Shown: positions 63,654-64,000 of the stretch, in pieces | Position numbering within the stretch: the first letter of the stretch is position 1 | Layout of the letters: each line of letters begins with the position of its first letter | NCBI GenBank assembly: GCA_002269645.1 | Contig: NIVC01001304.1 | Coordinates: forward strand, 62,001-126,000 | DNA length: 64,000 nucleotides | From: Macrostomum lignano | Lineage: Eukaryota | Reading direction: 5' to 3' | Position numbers and translations under genes: made by a program | The notes under the pieces: generated by a model | The model's database searches: none | What the model saw: only the letters and a program-made list of their open reading frames with translations | Told to the model about the DNA's origin: nothing

Positions 63654-64000
63654 GTGAGGGCTGGAGCTTCTTGGATGCTGCAAAAATTTAGTCTAGACTT
63701 TATACGAGTACTTCAGGGTTGCCGTAGCCCAGTGGTCCAGCGCGGCGCTTTGATGTACCAGTGGCCCAGGCTCGATTCAAAGTGCAGTCACATTAATTTG
63801 GGGCTGAATTGGAATCCCCGCTTGGGTCTGCTCGTGCAAACTAACGGCCTTGAGAGCCAACGACCAAGGCACAGTGGAGTAGTGTACAGTACATGCCTAA
63901 CGATAAATAAAGTTAGGGCCGCTGTACACTCCTGTGTGAGTGTGTGCGTATGAGTGCGTACTTACGCTGCGTACTTATCTGCGCGCTTGTGTGCCTGCTC

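Overview
Eukaryotic (metazoan) genomic DNA, not prokaryotic. GC-rich, Ala/Gln-rich exons are separated by introns and spacers filled with private minisatellites and (GATA)n/(GACA)n microsatellites. This style is consistent with a free-living flatworm such as Macrostomum (inference only). Genes reconstructed from protein motifs and phase-consistent GT-AG junctions: first exon of an SLC7/LAT amino-acid transporter (-), a 2-exon NPY/NPF-type GPCR (-), an intronless FkbM-family methyltransferase (+), a 4-exon AMPK beta subunit (+), a small secreted prohormone-like ORF (-), an ankyrin-repeat protein (+), 2-exon peroxiredoxin-5 (-), 4 coding exons of PUF60/half-pint (-) and part of an F-box gene (+) that runs off the window. 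Mobile DNA: a decayed Bel/Pao LTR element with LTR and PBS, a second Bel/Pao pol remnant, an AT-rich LINE, a 4.86-kb foldback-like element with 8-bp TSD carrying nested LINE fragments and a MITE, two nested related MITEs, and a GG-ended TIR element. Most ORFs in the supplied track are repeat-derived or antisense artefacts. The most unusual observations are an 11-fold tandem reiteration of a 5' splice site, the foldback-like composite, a structured LINE 3' end found three times, the orphan peptide precursor, and a 9-nt core shared by unrelated minisatellites. No database searches or folding programs were run; all coordinates were counted by hand.
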